A DNA stretch of 64,000 bases from Monocercomonoides exilis PA203 (lineage: Eukaryota; Protista; Preaxostyla). Location of the stretch: positions 1,426,001-1,490,000 of the forward strand of contig LSRY02000012.1 of assembly GCA_001643675.2 (NCBI GenBank). Reading direction: 5' to 3'. The notes under the pieces are model-generated. The model searched no databases, had not been told where the DNA came from, and saw nothing but the letters and a program-made list of their open reading frames with translations. This document shows positions 53,340-64,000 of the stretch, one piece after another; position 1 is the stretch's first letter; every line of letters starts with the position of its first letter. The translations under genes and the position numbers were made by a program.

Positions 53340-56300
53340 AGAAATAGCCAGCATCGCATTTTGCTTCTGTTGTTGTATCATCTGCACTGGCGAGCTCAAC
53401 ACTTGCTGTGTGTATGACGAAAGCGCCTGCTGAAGCTGCTGCTGCTGTCTTTCAGGCGCATTTGCCTGACCCATCAGACTCTGAGACGACATCATCCGCA
53501 TCGAATGCAGCGAGTCGAGCCCTGCTTTTGCAGCAAGCTGTGCAGGTGTTGCTGGAGTCTGCGACGAAGACAGCTGCGGAGAAGAGGAAGCAGCAGCCAT
53601 TGGAGAGGAACCAGAGAGAGAGGAAAGCAGACCAGCAGCGAGAGAAGGCTGCTGCAGATTGAGTTGTGCTTGGCGGCTGGCAAACATCTGAGAGTTGGAG
53701 AGCTGAGATGCTCCAGGTGCATTGGGGTAGAACGAGGAAACAGGGCGATATTGAGAGAAGGCGCTTAAACCAGACGGCAGGCCAGTGGGTGTGGATGTTA
53801 AAGAAGCGTTCTGATACATTGGAGATGGTTCATCTGTTTGTTGGAGTGATGTTCTTTCTGAAGGCAAATGTTCTTGTGACACAGCTGGAGTCAATAAAGC
53901 TGGCTGAGTTTGAGACAAGTTCGGTGAAGGTGTGGAATAAGAAGTCATATGCTGTGGCTGCTGCTTCTCGAACTGAATGTTTGAGGTTGGCATTTTAAAC
54001 TGTCCTCCAATAGCTGGCGATTCCTTCTGTGGCAGCATTCTCTGAGCTGTCTGTGGAGACTGTTCATTTTGAGTGGGCGAAGGAAGAAGAGCAAGCTGAG
54101 AAATCTTGTTATGGGTGGTTGTGATGTGCAGATGGAACAGAGATTTCATCTTGGAAAGCGCATCTAATGAGGAAGATGTGGGCAGAAACGGGTTGTTTTC
54201 GCGGTTAGACACAAAAAAGAACAGAGGCAGACACAAATGCGTCAGATCAGAAAAGCTTTCATTCTTGTCTTTTTCACTCGTTCCAGTGATTTCAGATGTC
54301 ACTGAAGAAGAATAATGAGCAGAATCTGTTTCATCAGAAGATTGTTTCAAGAATTTATTCAAAATGTCACGAGACAGTCCATATTGCAACATAGGCTTTT
54401 CAGAAGGAATCAAAGAAGTAAATGTTTGCTTAGTGTCATTTTGGATAAAAGCGTCAGGAAGATAAAGTTCTTTAAGATTTGGAAACAGGCGTGTCATTCT
54501 TTCTATCACTTCATTTGTCAAATACTTGTTTGGTGCATTGTTATTGCCATTTGTATCTTCAATGCTCATCCCAGTGACAAAATTGTTCTCATGTTTTTGT
54601 TTTTCTTCAACTGACATATCAGTCGATATTTGTTGCGAATTAGACACGTTAGAAAGCTGACTCAGAACTTCAATTTGTCGAAGAAGACATAAATGTGGGG
54701 GCATTGATTCAGCAGAAGCAGAAGCAGCAGTTTCTGAAGGTGCTGATAGAGTATACACACCACGCTGCAATGGCACCGTCATTTTTGGCTCAGAAGCCAT
54801 CGATGGAATAAAAGAAGAGAGCGATTTTGAAGAGAAAAGTGATTCAGTCAGACAGGTTGATGAGCTGAGTTGAGTTGAAATGTTTGGTTTTTGTGAGTAA
54901 ATGAGAGAATAAGCATCGACAGAAGGCTGAAGAAGATTGAAAGCAGAATCAGAATACTCGTCTGATAACACTCTTTCTGTGGAGAACAATTGCGAAGTGG
55001 CTGAAGATGCAGGAGAGAACGGAAGAGGATACGGTTGATATTGAAGACATTGATTTCCTGACCGATCTTTGTCTGAAGAAGAAGAAGAAGAAGAAGCAGA
55101 TGCTGAATGATTCATGATACTATTGCTGACTTCAGCAATTGTTCTGTTAGCGTCTTCTGTTTTGCCTGGCATCTGCATCCCCACCGACATGAATGTCACA
55201 ACCACACTTTTTCCTTCCTTTTTCGTTGACGTCTGCACAATCTGCTGTGGGTCAAGCACAACAGCTGAGCAGCGGCGCCAGGAGCGGCACACTCTCCGAA
55301 CGACAAGCCTTTCTCTGAAGGAAAGAAAAGAGAGGATTCGCGGAAGCACCAGAGGCACCCACATCTCGACAAGTGCAAAGAATGGATGCTTTTCTCTCTT
55401 TGACGCCTCTTCTGCTGCTGAGATGATTGTGTGGAGTGGAACATATTTGCTCTCAGAAGCTGAGGAATCAACTGTGTTTGTGTCAGAAAACAGCATTTCG
55501 TCGCTGGATGTGAGTGACGATTGAGAAGAAGAAGAAGAAAGATGAGAATCTTTTTGCGGCTGAGGAAGTTGGACTTCACCTGGTTTGTACTTCTTTTGGA
55601 GCAAAAGAGCACAATAGACATCTTTTTGAATTGGAATATGAAAGAAAATTGATTCAATTTAAATGAATGTGCACACGTAAAGAAATTAATAGAAATTTTT
55701 TAAAAAATAAAATAAAATAAAATTAATTAACACAATAATAATGCCTTTATTGTAATCATACTGCATATTTCTTTTTCTTCCTCTTTCCACTCGTCGATTC
55801 GTCTTTCGTCATCGATATTTGCAGGAAACACATTCATTCGCGACAGAAGAGACAGAGCTTCTTGCTTCAATGACTCAAATTGCTTGGAATGGAAAACTTT
55901 CCCATAGAACACTCCAAACGGCTCATACAAAAGTTTTGTCAATGAAAATTTTTCAAACAATCTGAAAATGATGTGCAGCATTCGAAGCAAGGAAACAAAC
56001 ATAAGAGATAGGAAATATTAGTGCAAAAGATATGTGTTCAAAGAAAGAAAGAAAGAAACCTGTCAAGAACAGATGGATGCATTAAAAACTCGTCAGCATC
56101 CACAGACGTGTCCAAACGAAAGCGATATCTTGCACCGTACCTAAAAAATGTCAAAAATGAATGATTATCATAACCCACAAACAGTGAAAAATACAGAGAA
56201 TTTAAAATACAGCATCAAACCTGGGAAATCGTGGATGATCAAATGTCACACAAAAATAACGATTCCCAAAGAATCGTTGAGAAGGACTTTTTTCCAATTC

Positions 56301-56964
56301 TTTGCTGAAAAAGAATTTCTATGAAGTTGTTAAGATTTATGATAAAAACATACACCATATAAATTGCATTTGGAAAAGTGGCGACATAAAAATAGCCAGG
56401 AAGAAGAAAACGATCAATAGTTGAGAAAAAACGATGTGCGGTTCCAGCAGTAGCAAAAGAATAATGCATTGAGAATTGACAAGAGATCAAATGCATTTTG
56501 TGTGAAACAATTGATGTGAGACTTTGAGTTCCAAAGTCAGCATTAATTAATTGCAAAGAAAAATTGTTTTGATCAGATCCTTCGTTGTATCTATTCTTAC
56601 ATTCTTCAAGTGAAACATAACTGTTATCAGCACCAACAAGCGATTCAATTTCAGAATGTCTCAACTTTCCAAGATCTCCTCCCCTTCCAATACCCAATTC
56701 GAGAACTGAAATTAAAAATATATAAAAATTACAATTTGAAAAAAACAGAACATGCAACCAAGTTATAACAAAAATAAATGAAATGCACAATAAAATTAAA
56801 AAAAGTTGTATGCCATTTGCATGTGGATGTGGTGTTGCAAGTTTTATAAGAATGGATTTTATCCAATTGTTAAACGAAAGTTGATGGATGATCGGACTTT
56901 CTTCTCTTTCGCTGAGATCATACTTTTTTGAAGCAAGAGCATCATAATGCGCAACAGAAGCCAT
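49456..56964 (-). CDS. RNMT: mRNA cap guanine-N7 methyltransferase (RNMT/Abd1) fused to an F-box + dispersed LRR protein, ~2,200 aa; exons 56964-56814, 56705-56354, 56304-56221, 56140-56060, 55961-55762, 55621-51014, 50903-~50568, ~50350-49456
   Basis: RNMT motifs VAHYD..R.ESPI..L.FNNWIKS.LI, VLELGIGRGGDLGK, SCQFSMHYSF, L.PG.F.AT.PN, FGN.YF.V.F, YG.RY.F.L..SVD..EFL, EKEICNVYCALLLQK. The last motif is in the same frame as the 1566-aa ORF carrying the F-box LPRILSFLSFRERLVVRRVCRSWRR. The final junction is uncertain. Confidence 0.8.
51718..51803 (-). repeat. Coding (TCT)n trinucleotide tract encoding poly-Ser
   Basis: Pure GAA run on the + strand inside the F-box/LRR ORF. Confidence 0.9.
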
Positions 56965-57152
56965 TAAGCTTCGTTTGCAATAAAATAAAAAAAGTAAAAA
57001 TTTGCGAAAGCTATATGGGTCTGTTAGAAAAATATTTGTTAATTATTTGCCATAAGAAACATCAATAATGATTTATGCTGAGTATCATAGAACATTTTTC
57101 GAAAAAAACAAAACTATTTTGGAATTATTTTTTTGTTTTTGAATTTTTCACT

Positions 57153-57172
57153 TTTCCAAAAGCTTTTGGAAA
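57153..57172. promoter_or_regulatory. Perfect 20-bp palindrome TTTCCAAAAGCTTTTGGAAA in a divergent promoter region
   Basis: Self-complementary and nearly midway between the ATGs at 56964 (-) and 57387 (+). A regulatory role is inference only. Confidence 0.3.
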
Positions 57173-57386
57173 TCATTGTCAACCGTATTCTGTTCACTTG
57201 AATCCATACAAATTATGATGAAAAAATAAATGAAATTTTTTTTTCAAAATTTATAAATTTTTGATTTGACAATTGATCACAATGTACCCATTGGGAATTA
57301 ATTCATCTTGAATTTTAATTTTTAAATTCGACCATCCGAATTTATTGTTTTGTCCCGTTCAACCAAAATAAATTTCCGTATTAGAT

Positions 57387-60300
57387 ATGAACTTGACATC
57401 AGATTATCTCGATGATATCCCTCTAGAACTTGATATTCATGCAATTATTCAATCATTACTTTTTTCCGCAAAAAATCCTCTTTCTTCATCTTACAAGATG
57501 AAGGAAGCCGATATAAAAGGTAATACAATATTCTGTTAATTTAAATTGCAAATACGACTGTCCAATTTTGAATTATTGCATTTTCAAGGAATAATAATAA
57601 AATCCAGAGAAATTTTTTTGGCACAGGACATTGTTTTAGAGCTAAATGGTCCAATGAACATATGCGGAGATATACATGGTCAATTTCATGATCTTGTTCA
57701 ACTTTTTGAAAAAGGAGGAACACCCCCATATTCAAATTATTTATTTCTTGGAGGTTTGATAATTCAAATGTATTCAAATATTCAAATATATTATATTGCT
57801 GTATGATTTATATATAATTTATAGATTATGTAGATCGAGGTTCTCAATCAATTGAATGCATATGTCTCCTTTTAGCCTTCAAAATTGCTTATCCAGAGAA
57901 TTTTTTCTTATTAAGAGGAAATCATGAGACGCGTGCTGTCAATTGTTCATATGGTTTTTTTCAAGAATGTATGCATTTTTATGTTGCGAAAATTATGTGT
58001 AATTTTTGAATTATTAGGTAAAGATCGTTACAGCGAACAACTATGGTGGCTGTTTAATGAACTTTTTGATTGCCTTCCACTATGCGCGGTTTGATTTCAT
58101 TTTATACAATTAAAAATATTTAAGATTAATTTAACTATTTTTCATTGAATTTTTTTGCTATTGTTTAGATTGTGAAAAATAAGTTATTCTGTGTTCACGG
58201 AGGAATTTCACGTGAACTTCCAAACCCTTACGTGCTACGTCAGTATCAGCGCCCACTTTCAATACCGCTTCGCGGTGCGTTGTGCGATATCCTATGGGCT
58301 GATCCAACAGACAAAATTGCAACATGGATGGATAGTCCTCGAGGCATTTCCCAAAGTTATGGAACAATGGCTGTTCATGCTTTTCTTCAAGCAAATGGAT
58401 TCGACGTTTTAATTCGAGCGCATGAAATGACTCAAAGGGGCTATCATTTTTTTGCGCAGAATCGTGGAATAACAGTGTTTTCTGCAGTTCAGTATTGTGG
58501 AAAGTATCAAAATGATGGTGCAATAATAAAAGTGTCTTCTGATTTGCTTTGCTCCTTTGTTCTTCTTAAGCCGCAAAAAGAATTTATTGAATTGTGTAGT
58601 CAGGAGCACGAACAGCAAAGGCTTGATGCTCAATCAACATCCACCATGAAAGATGTTGAATGCCAAGAAAATCAAAGCATTGATGAAAAAGCGAGTAATC
58701 AAACGAATGAAGAAAGCTCACCAATGCTTAGCGAAGCTGTTTGTCTTCCAGGAATGATTGGTGATGACATTGTTCGGCAATTTCATCCCCATCCCACGTT
58801 CACTTTTCCACCTTCACCAATTACACGTAAAGTGAAAGATTTGCCTCTTAGTGAAAATATATCGACTTCATCTGACAACTCCAGTAAGCATCATCCTCAG
58901 CTGTCACCACTTAGGACGACTTATCCGCCTTCCTCCTCTCCAGAAAGCAATTGCTCTGATGAAATCTATTCTCCCAAACAAATTAGCCATTTAATTCCTC
59001 CTCCGCCTCTCTCGCTCGCAGCATCATCGGCAAATGACGACGGTGCAATTCCATTAGAAACCACATCAATTAATGTACTTTCATCTCCACTTTCCACGCC
59101 CACTCCACACACTCCTTCTTCATGTCTAGAGCGTTCCAATTCATTTGATCCATTCAATTGTGTTGCCTCTCCAATCCAAAACAAAGCTCACAACACACAT
59201 TCACAGATTAGAAACCCCTCACCCACAGTTTCACCATCTATAGATATTCCCTCAAACACTTCCTCCACCTCAATCTCTGAATTGCTCGATCATACACCCA
59301 ATTTGCTTGCTACTCCCAAATCTGATATTACAAATTCCACATCGATGTCTATCTTCTCTTCTCCTTCGACATACGCAACCTCTCCTTTTGTCACATCAAA
59401 CAGCCACCAGATCACAATCTCTGCGCCACGGGCATTTGCATTCCGCGGGGTTCGTGTTGCTGTGATGACCGCACTCAACAATCCGCAGCAGGAGCATCAT
59501 TCGACCCCGCGAAGCAGAGCAGGAATTGGATTCCAAAGAGAAAGAAGCATCATAAGGATCACTTTGAACTCGAGGAAAATGCGCACTCAAAGTGATGATT
59601 CAAATCTCTTGGAGACAATAAGCGATATCAGTGCGAAGATTAAGAACAGCAGGACCGAGAAAGAAGTGTGCAGTTTCACAGATTATAAACTTGTCTCAAG
59701 TCAGCACGGAAAAATGGAGCAGGATGAAAACGATTCTGGAGATAATTATGCTGACAGCTGTAGCAGCGACAACATGAATTATCACTCTGCTCACCAAATA
59801 AACGATAATCCAGAATCAGAAAAGGCTTTAGGCACGATGCAGTCATTTCCTTATGATTGTGGCGAGATTTGTCACGGAAACATAATGCTTAATGATGAAA
59901 GCGAGCGCGGCAGCGTTTTCCAGTCTGAGCCTGTTGGATCGCAGTGGTATTCTTCAACGAATTCAGACAAAGAGGCACTTTCACCGAAACTGTCTGGCAT
60001 TTGCAATGAAGATGGCGCTAATAAAATGGATATTGAACAAGAAACAAGGCAAATGCCAGCACAAAATTCTTCTTGCTCGATTGACTATTCGGATGGTTGT
60101 ATTCCAATCTTCGGTCAATCGTCTTCTCCATACCATTCCCCTTTCACTTCGGCTGCGAATCTTTCTTCCCCTGCACATTCACTTTCATATCAGTCTGTTA
60201 TCCAATCTCCCATGCAGCCAGCTTACAATGAATCTTCATTTCCACAATCTCAAAACATTTCATCGTTTTCGTTTAGCCCAGCGAGGCAAGCTAATGTTTT

Positions 60301-60454
60301 ATGTGCGTCTTCACTTTCCTCGCCATATTCTTCGAATTTTTTGCCTTGTTTTGCGGATCCTTCTTTGAATGTGTACTCTCAAAATGTCTCCCCATTCCAC
60401 GAAAATAGAACGCACCTGTGTTCTTCTTTCTCTTTGTATAATCAAAGCGATTAA
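57387..60454 (+). CDS. PPP-family Ser/Thr protein phosphatase (PP1-like) with a long Ser/Pro-rich C-terminal extension; 4 introns in the catalytic domain
   Basis: [15 protein letters not shown]|[55 protein letters not shown]. Confidence 0.92.
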
Positions 60455-61590
60455 TTTTTCGTTATGTATTTTTAAGTGCTTGGTGTATAACTATCTTTTG
60501 ATTATACTTGTTTATGTCTGATGAATAGAAGCAAAAATGATTCTGTTCAAATTGTTTTGTTTTACAACGGGTGCTAAAAGTTTGATTAAGATGCTCAAAG
60601 TTCTTGCAAAGAATACTTACTGCATGGACTTGCCAAATCTGATCATCACGCAAAGATGAATTAGCAAATTCATTTTTAGTGATTTGATTGAAATACAAAT
60701 TCAACCAACAATCAGTTCTTGTGATGTACGAAGGGAAAAAAGAATTTGTCCTCTTGAAAGTCATCAGCTGCCATATTGTGAAGATGACACTGACTTATTG
60801 CTTTGCATTGTATTAGGATTTATTTCTTTTCTTTTCTTTATAAAGTTATTGATACGTTTATTATAATTATAATTATTATAATCATTTTTAATTTTGCGTT
60901 TCAATTATAAAAAAAGAAAGCTTTAAATCAAAATCCAAAACTATTTACTACTTGTTGTGAGTTGTTGCTAAACAATTAAATTTTCCTTAGATATTTCACG
61001 CATTAACAAATACTCCACTGTAAAAAAGTTATGAAAACAACTAATATAAAGTCGAAAATGAAAAAATTATAATGAAGTTATGAAATTATTTTTTAAATAT
61101 TCAAAAACATCAGTATGCAAAAAATACTCTGAAAAAAAAAGTTGCTTTTGAAAAAAATCTTTTAAGGAACTAAGCTTTAAAATTACATTAGTTGAACGAA
61201 AGAAAAAGGATAAATATTGATATGAAAAATAAAAACATGCAACACAAAATAATTCGTATGTGTCTCATTGAATAAGGGCAAGTTGAAAAAGAAACAATAG
61301 TTCATCAATTTACATTCAATTCACAACGAATTAAAACTGGAATATGTTCAACACACATTTTAATCACCGATAAAAATAAAAATACACAAACATAAGCTTA
61401 TGTACTGAAGCAAGGCGTTGAATCAACAAAAAAAGAAAAATGAAATTGAAAAGAAAAATAAAAATGACTCTTAGAAAATGATTCAAATGTCTTGCTAAAA
61501 TTTTCAAAATATTCAATCTTCACTTTTGTGCTGTCTGGCTCAACCAGCATGGAGATTCTCGTTCTCCAAAACAGACAGCACAATGAAGGC

Positions 61591-64000
61591 TTAACTCCAA
61601 GACACTTCACTTAAGCATCTGTCTCTTTTGCTGTGCTTGGCTGAATCCTTCGAATGAGCAGACGAAAGAAGCACTTCATCATCTGCTTCTTTCACACAAC
61701 TGCTCAAAGAATCCTCAGCTGCATCACAAGCACCGTCTCCTGCATCAACTAGACTGAAGAACTGTTCTGCCTTTTGCTCAGCTTTTTGTGTCTGAAGCTG
61801 TTCTGCTGAAGGCAAATTACCTAATTCTTCCTGTTGTGGCGAAATGGCATCGTCCTTCGGCGCATCCAACGCGCCCAAAGAAGGCGACGAAAACAGGAAA
61901 GAAGAGATTGGTGAATAAGGGAATGCAAATGACACATTGCCTGATTCAAACAGTTCTCTGACGTCTTTATCACTCGAAAGCAGTGGAAGCGGAGACAGAT
62001 AGCGCTGAATGTCCATTTCGTTCTTTGTGGAATCGGAAGTCAATTCATTTCCGTTTTGAGCTTGTGGCTTCAACAGTGGAGAGGTTGTTTTTGCTGCTTT
62101 CGATGCATCTGAAGGCAAAGCAGCCAGCGGAGAGAATGCATTCAAAGGTGGTTCAGCAGACATATCAAAGAACGGTGAACCAGTAAAGGAAGAAATTGGG
62201 TCTGTTGGCCACTCAAATGAAGAAGAGGAAGAGAAAAGATAAGGAGACGAGGAAGCTGGCAAGGTAGTTGGGGCGACTGCAGAAGGAGGAGAAGGTGGAG
62301 AAGAGAAATCTGGCATCGATAAAGGAGCAAAAATGGAGCTCCACGTACCTTTTAGGTCGTCTGAGTGAGACGGATGGCAGTTACTCTGCTCTTCCATCTT
62401 TACAATTGAAATTAGAGGACTTGTGTTTCTTTGGGACGTATCTTCAGCTACGCTCCACAATTTTGTGCTTTCTGAAGGAAGCGACTGAGTTGATTCCGGA
62501 GAGAGATTAGCAATGGCCTGGGAAAATGCACTCAATGGTGATTGGATGGAAGAGTTTGAGTGGATCTCTTGTGAAGCTGCGGGTGTGTTGTTGATATCAG
62601 TCGACTCTCCTTCTGACGCAGCTTTCAAAGACGATGAAAGCGAGGGAGGAAGATTTGAAGATGAATTGTCTGTGTTTTCAGTCTTATTCGCGTTTTTCTT
62701 CTTTGAACGAGGAACAAACTCGACTGGTTTGAAAGACAGTTTTGATGTCAGCTCAGCCAGTGGAGATGAGCTGGGAAGCTTAAGAGTCTTTGAGGATGAA
62801 TTTTGATTCGGTTTGGAAGTGCTTGTGTTTGCGTTCGTGCTTGTTTCAGAGAAAGCAACGGAAGAGTTGATGGTTGCTGAAGAATGATTGCTAGCATTGT
62901 CTGGCAACGAGGTCAGCGGAGGAGAATTGAAGCTGAACGATTCTTTGGAAAATGGAAGATTGTCAGAGGCAAATTGATGAAACTCTTCATCTTGTCTCTT
63001 CATGTAGTCTATTGATCCTTGACTGACATTGAAATTTGTACCATGTTCAGGACTCCGATAATTCATTGAGCTATTTCTTTTATTCATCCTTGCTTGTTTA
63101 AAAGGTAAAGTCTGATATGCCTCATCATTTGTCTGCTGCTGCTGCTGTGATTTCAATGGAGAGCAATATGCTTCGCCCCCAGCATTGTCTTGTCTTTCTT
63201 TCCTTGTTTTAATGTTCTCTTTGAAGTTGGCTATTTGTGCCATCATTTCCCGTTCGAATATCTGCTTAAACTTGGCAAACGGTGACAGTTCAGCTTTTGA
63301 CTGTGTGTCGCCTTGTTCCATTCTGCTTTTGTCGTCTTCTTCAATTTTTTCTCCTTTTGTTCCAAACGGCATGCTCAAAGAATTATTCGCTGTAGATTGA
63401 GGACGTTTTTCAAGTGGGTTTGTGCTTGGTTCCTGCAATGAAAGAGTAGGCACTTTGGAATCAAAAGGATTAATTCTGTTGCTTTCTGTTTGTCGTGTGT
63501 TGTTTTTCTCGCGCTGGAGAAAAGAATAAGGATTGCCTGGATTTTTTGTGTAAGATCGATGAGAACCCCATCTTTTCCCTGCAAATTGAAAACTGTAGTT
63601 AGAGCTTCCTTGTGGTTGTTCCGCATTGTTGAATGGAGCAGTTGTTTTAAAGCTGCCAGAGTTCATTCTTTGTTCATCTGATGAAGATGCTGAAGCGAAA
63701 GGATATGAAACAGATTTCTGCACAGGAAGAACATAAGATCCACTTTCATATCCTTGTGCTTGATTGTACTGCTGTGTGCGAGAAAACAATGAAACTGAGT
63801 TTTGGGCAGGTTGTGTTTTGTGCAACGGATCGTGACTTGTCTGAGGAAAAGCAGAGAAACGAAATGATTTCATTCTTTGTGTAAGTTTCTCATTCCATTC
63901 GTTGATGTTGTTTTGGTAGGCTGCGCCTGTCAAATGGTTTGTTTCGATATTTACTGCAAACTTCTCAGGCGAATCTGATTTTTCAGAAGTTGATGAAAAC
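61591..64000 (-). CDS. Hypothetical Ser/Pro/Asn-rich disordered protein with a PAM2-like motif; 5' end probably outside the window
   Basis: 780-aa ORF that starts at a non-ATG codon near the window edge. Contains SKLSFKPVEFVPRS. No globular domain recognised. Confidence 0.6.
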   Translation of the reverse strand, partial: FSSTSEKSDSPEKFAVNIETNHLTGAAYQNNINEWNEKLTQRMKSFRFSAFPQTSHDPLHKTQPAQNSVSLFSRTQQYNQAQGYESGSYVLPVQKSVSYPFASASSSDEQRMNSGSFKTTAPFNNAEQPQGSSNYSFQFAGKRWGSHRSYTKNPGNPYSFLQREKNNTRQTESNRINPFDSKVPTLSLQEPSTNPLEKRPQSTANNSLSMPFGTKGEKIEEDDKSRMEQGDTQSKAELSPFAKFKQIFEREMMAQIANFKENIKTRKERQDNAGGEAYCSPLKSQQQQQTNDEAYQTLPFKQARMNKRNSSMNYRSPEHGTNFNVSQGSIDYMKRQDEEFHQFASDNLPFSKESFSFNSPPLTSLPDNASNHSSATINSSVAFSETSTNANTSTSKPNQNSSSKTLKLPSSSPLAELTSKLSFKPVEFVPRSKKKNANKTENTDNSSSNLPPSLSSSLKAASEGESTDINNTPAASQEIHSNSSIQSPLSAFSQAIANLSPESTQSLPSESTKLWSVAEDTSQRNTSPLISIVKMEEQSNCHPSHSDDLKGTWSSIFAPLSMPDFSSPPSPPSAVAPTTLPASSSPYLFSSSSSFEWPTDPISSFTGSPFFDMSAEPPLNAFSPLAALPSDASKAAKTTSPLLKPQAQNGNELTSDSTKNEMDIQRYLSPLPLLSSDKDVRELFESGNVSFAFPYSPISSFLFSSPSLGALDAPKDDAISPQQEELGNLPSAEQLQTQKAEQKAEQFFSLVDAGDGACDAAEDSLSSCVKEADDEVLLSSAHSKDSAKHSKRDRCLSEVSWS

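Overview
Eukaryotic, gene-dense, intron-containing DNA in the standard genetic code. Introns are short, AT-rich and GT-AG (donors GTATG/GTTTG/GTAAG), and many conserved proteins carry Ser-, Glu- or Lys-rich low-complexity insertions. Style and gene content suggest an anaerobic metamonad protist such as the oxymonad Monocercomonoides; this is inference, not proven. About 14 protein-coding genes, in order: PDI-D/ERp38-type disulfide isomerase; ARM-like Ser-rich protein; FG-GAP (integrin-alpha-like) membrane protein; AccD-AccA-PycB-biotin fusion (transcarboxylase type); ARP4; an intronless orphan P-loop protein; a small Golgi-type membrane protein; ERD2; VPS53; AP-3 beta; a giant CCDC162/DUF4549-like protein; an hnRNP L/PTB-like RRM protein; an mRNA cap guanine-N7 methyltransferase; a PP1-like phosphatase; and a partial low-complexity gene with a PAM2-like motif. 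The strongest novelty candidate is the cap methyltransferase, which by manual splice reconstruction is fused in frame to an F-box/LRR protein of ~1,900 aa. Non-coding highlights are three intergenic fold-back inverted repeats (335-bp perfect arms, 90-bp perfect arms, 52-bp imperfect arms) and long microsatellites. No rRNA, tRNA, CRISPR array or transposase was recognised. Exon boundaries were read by eye and family assignments come from recalled motifs, not database searches.
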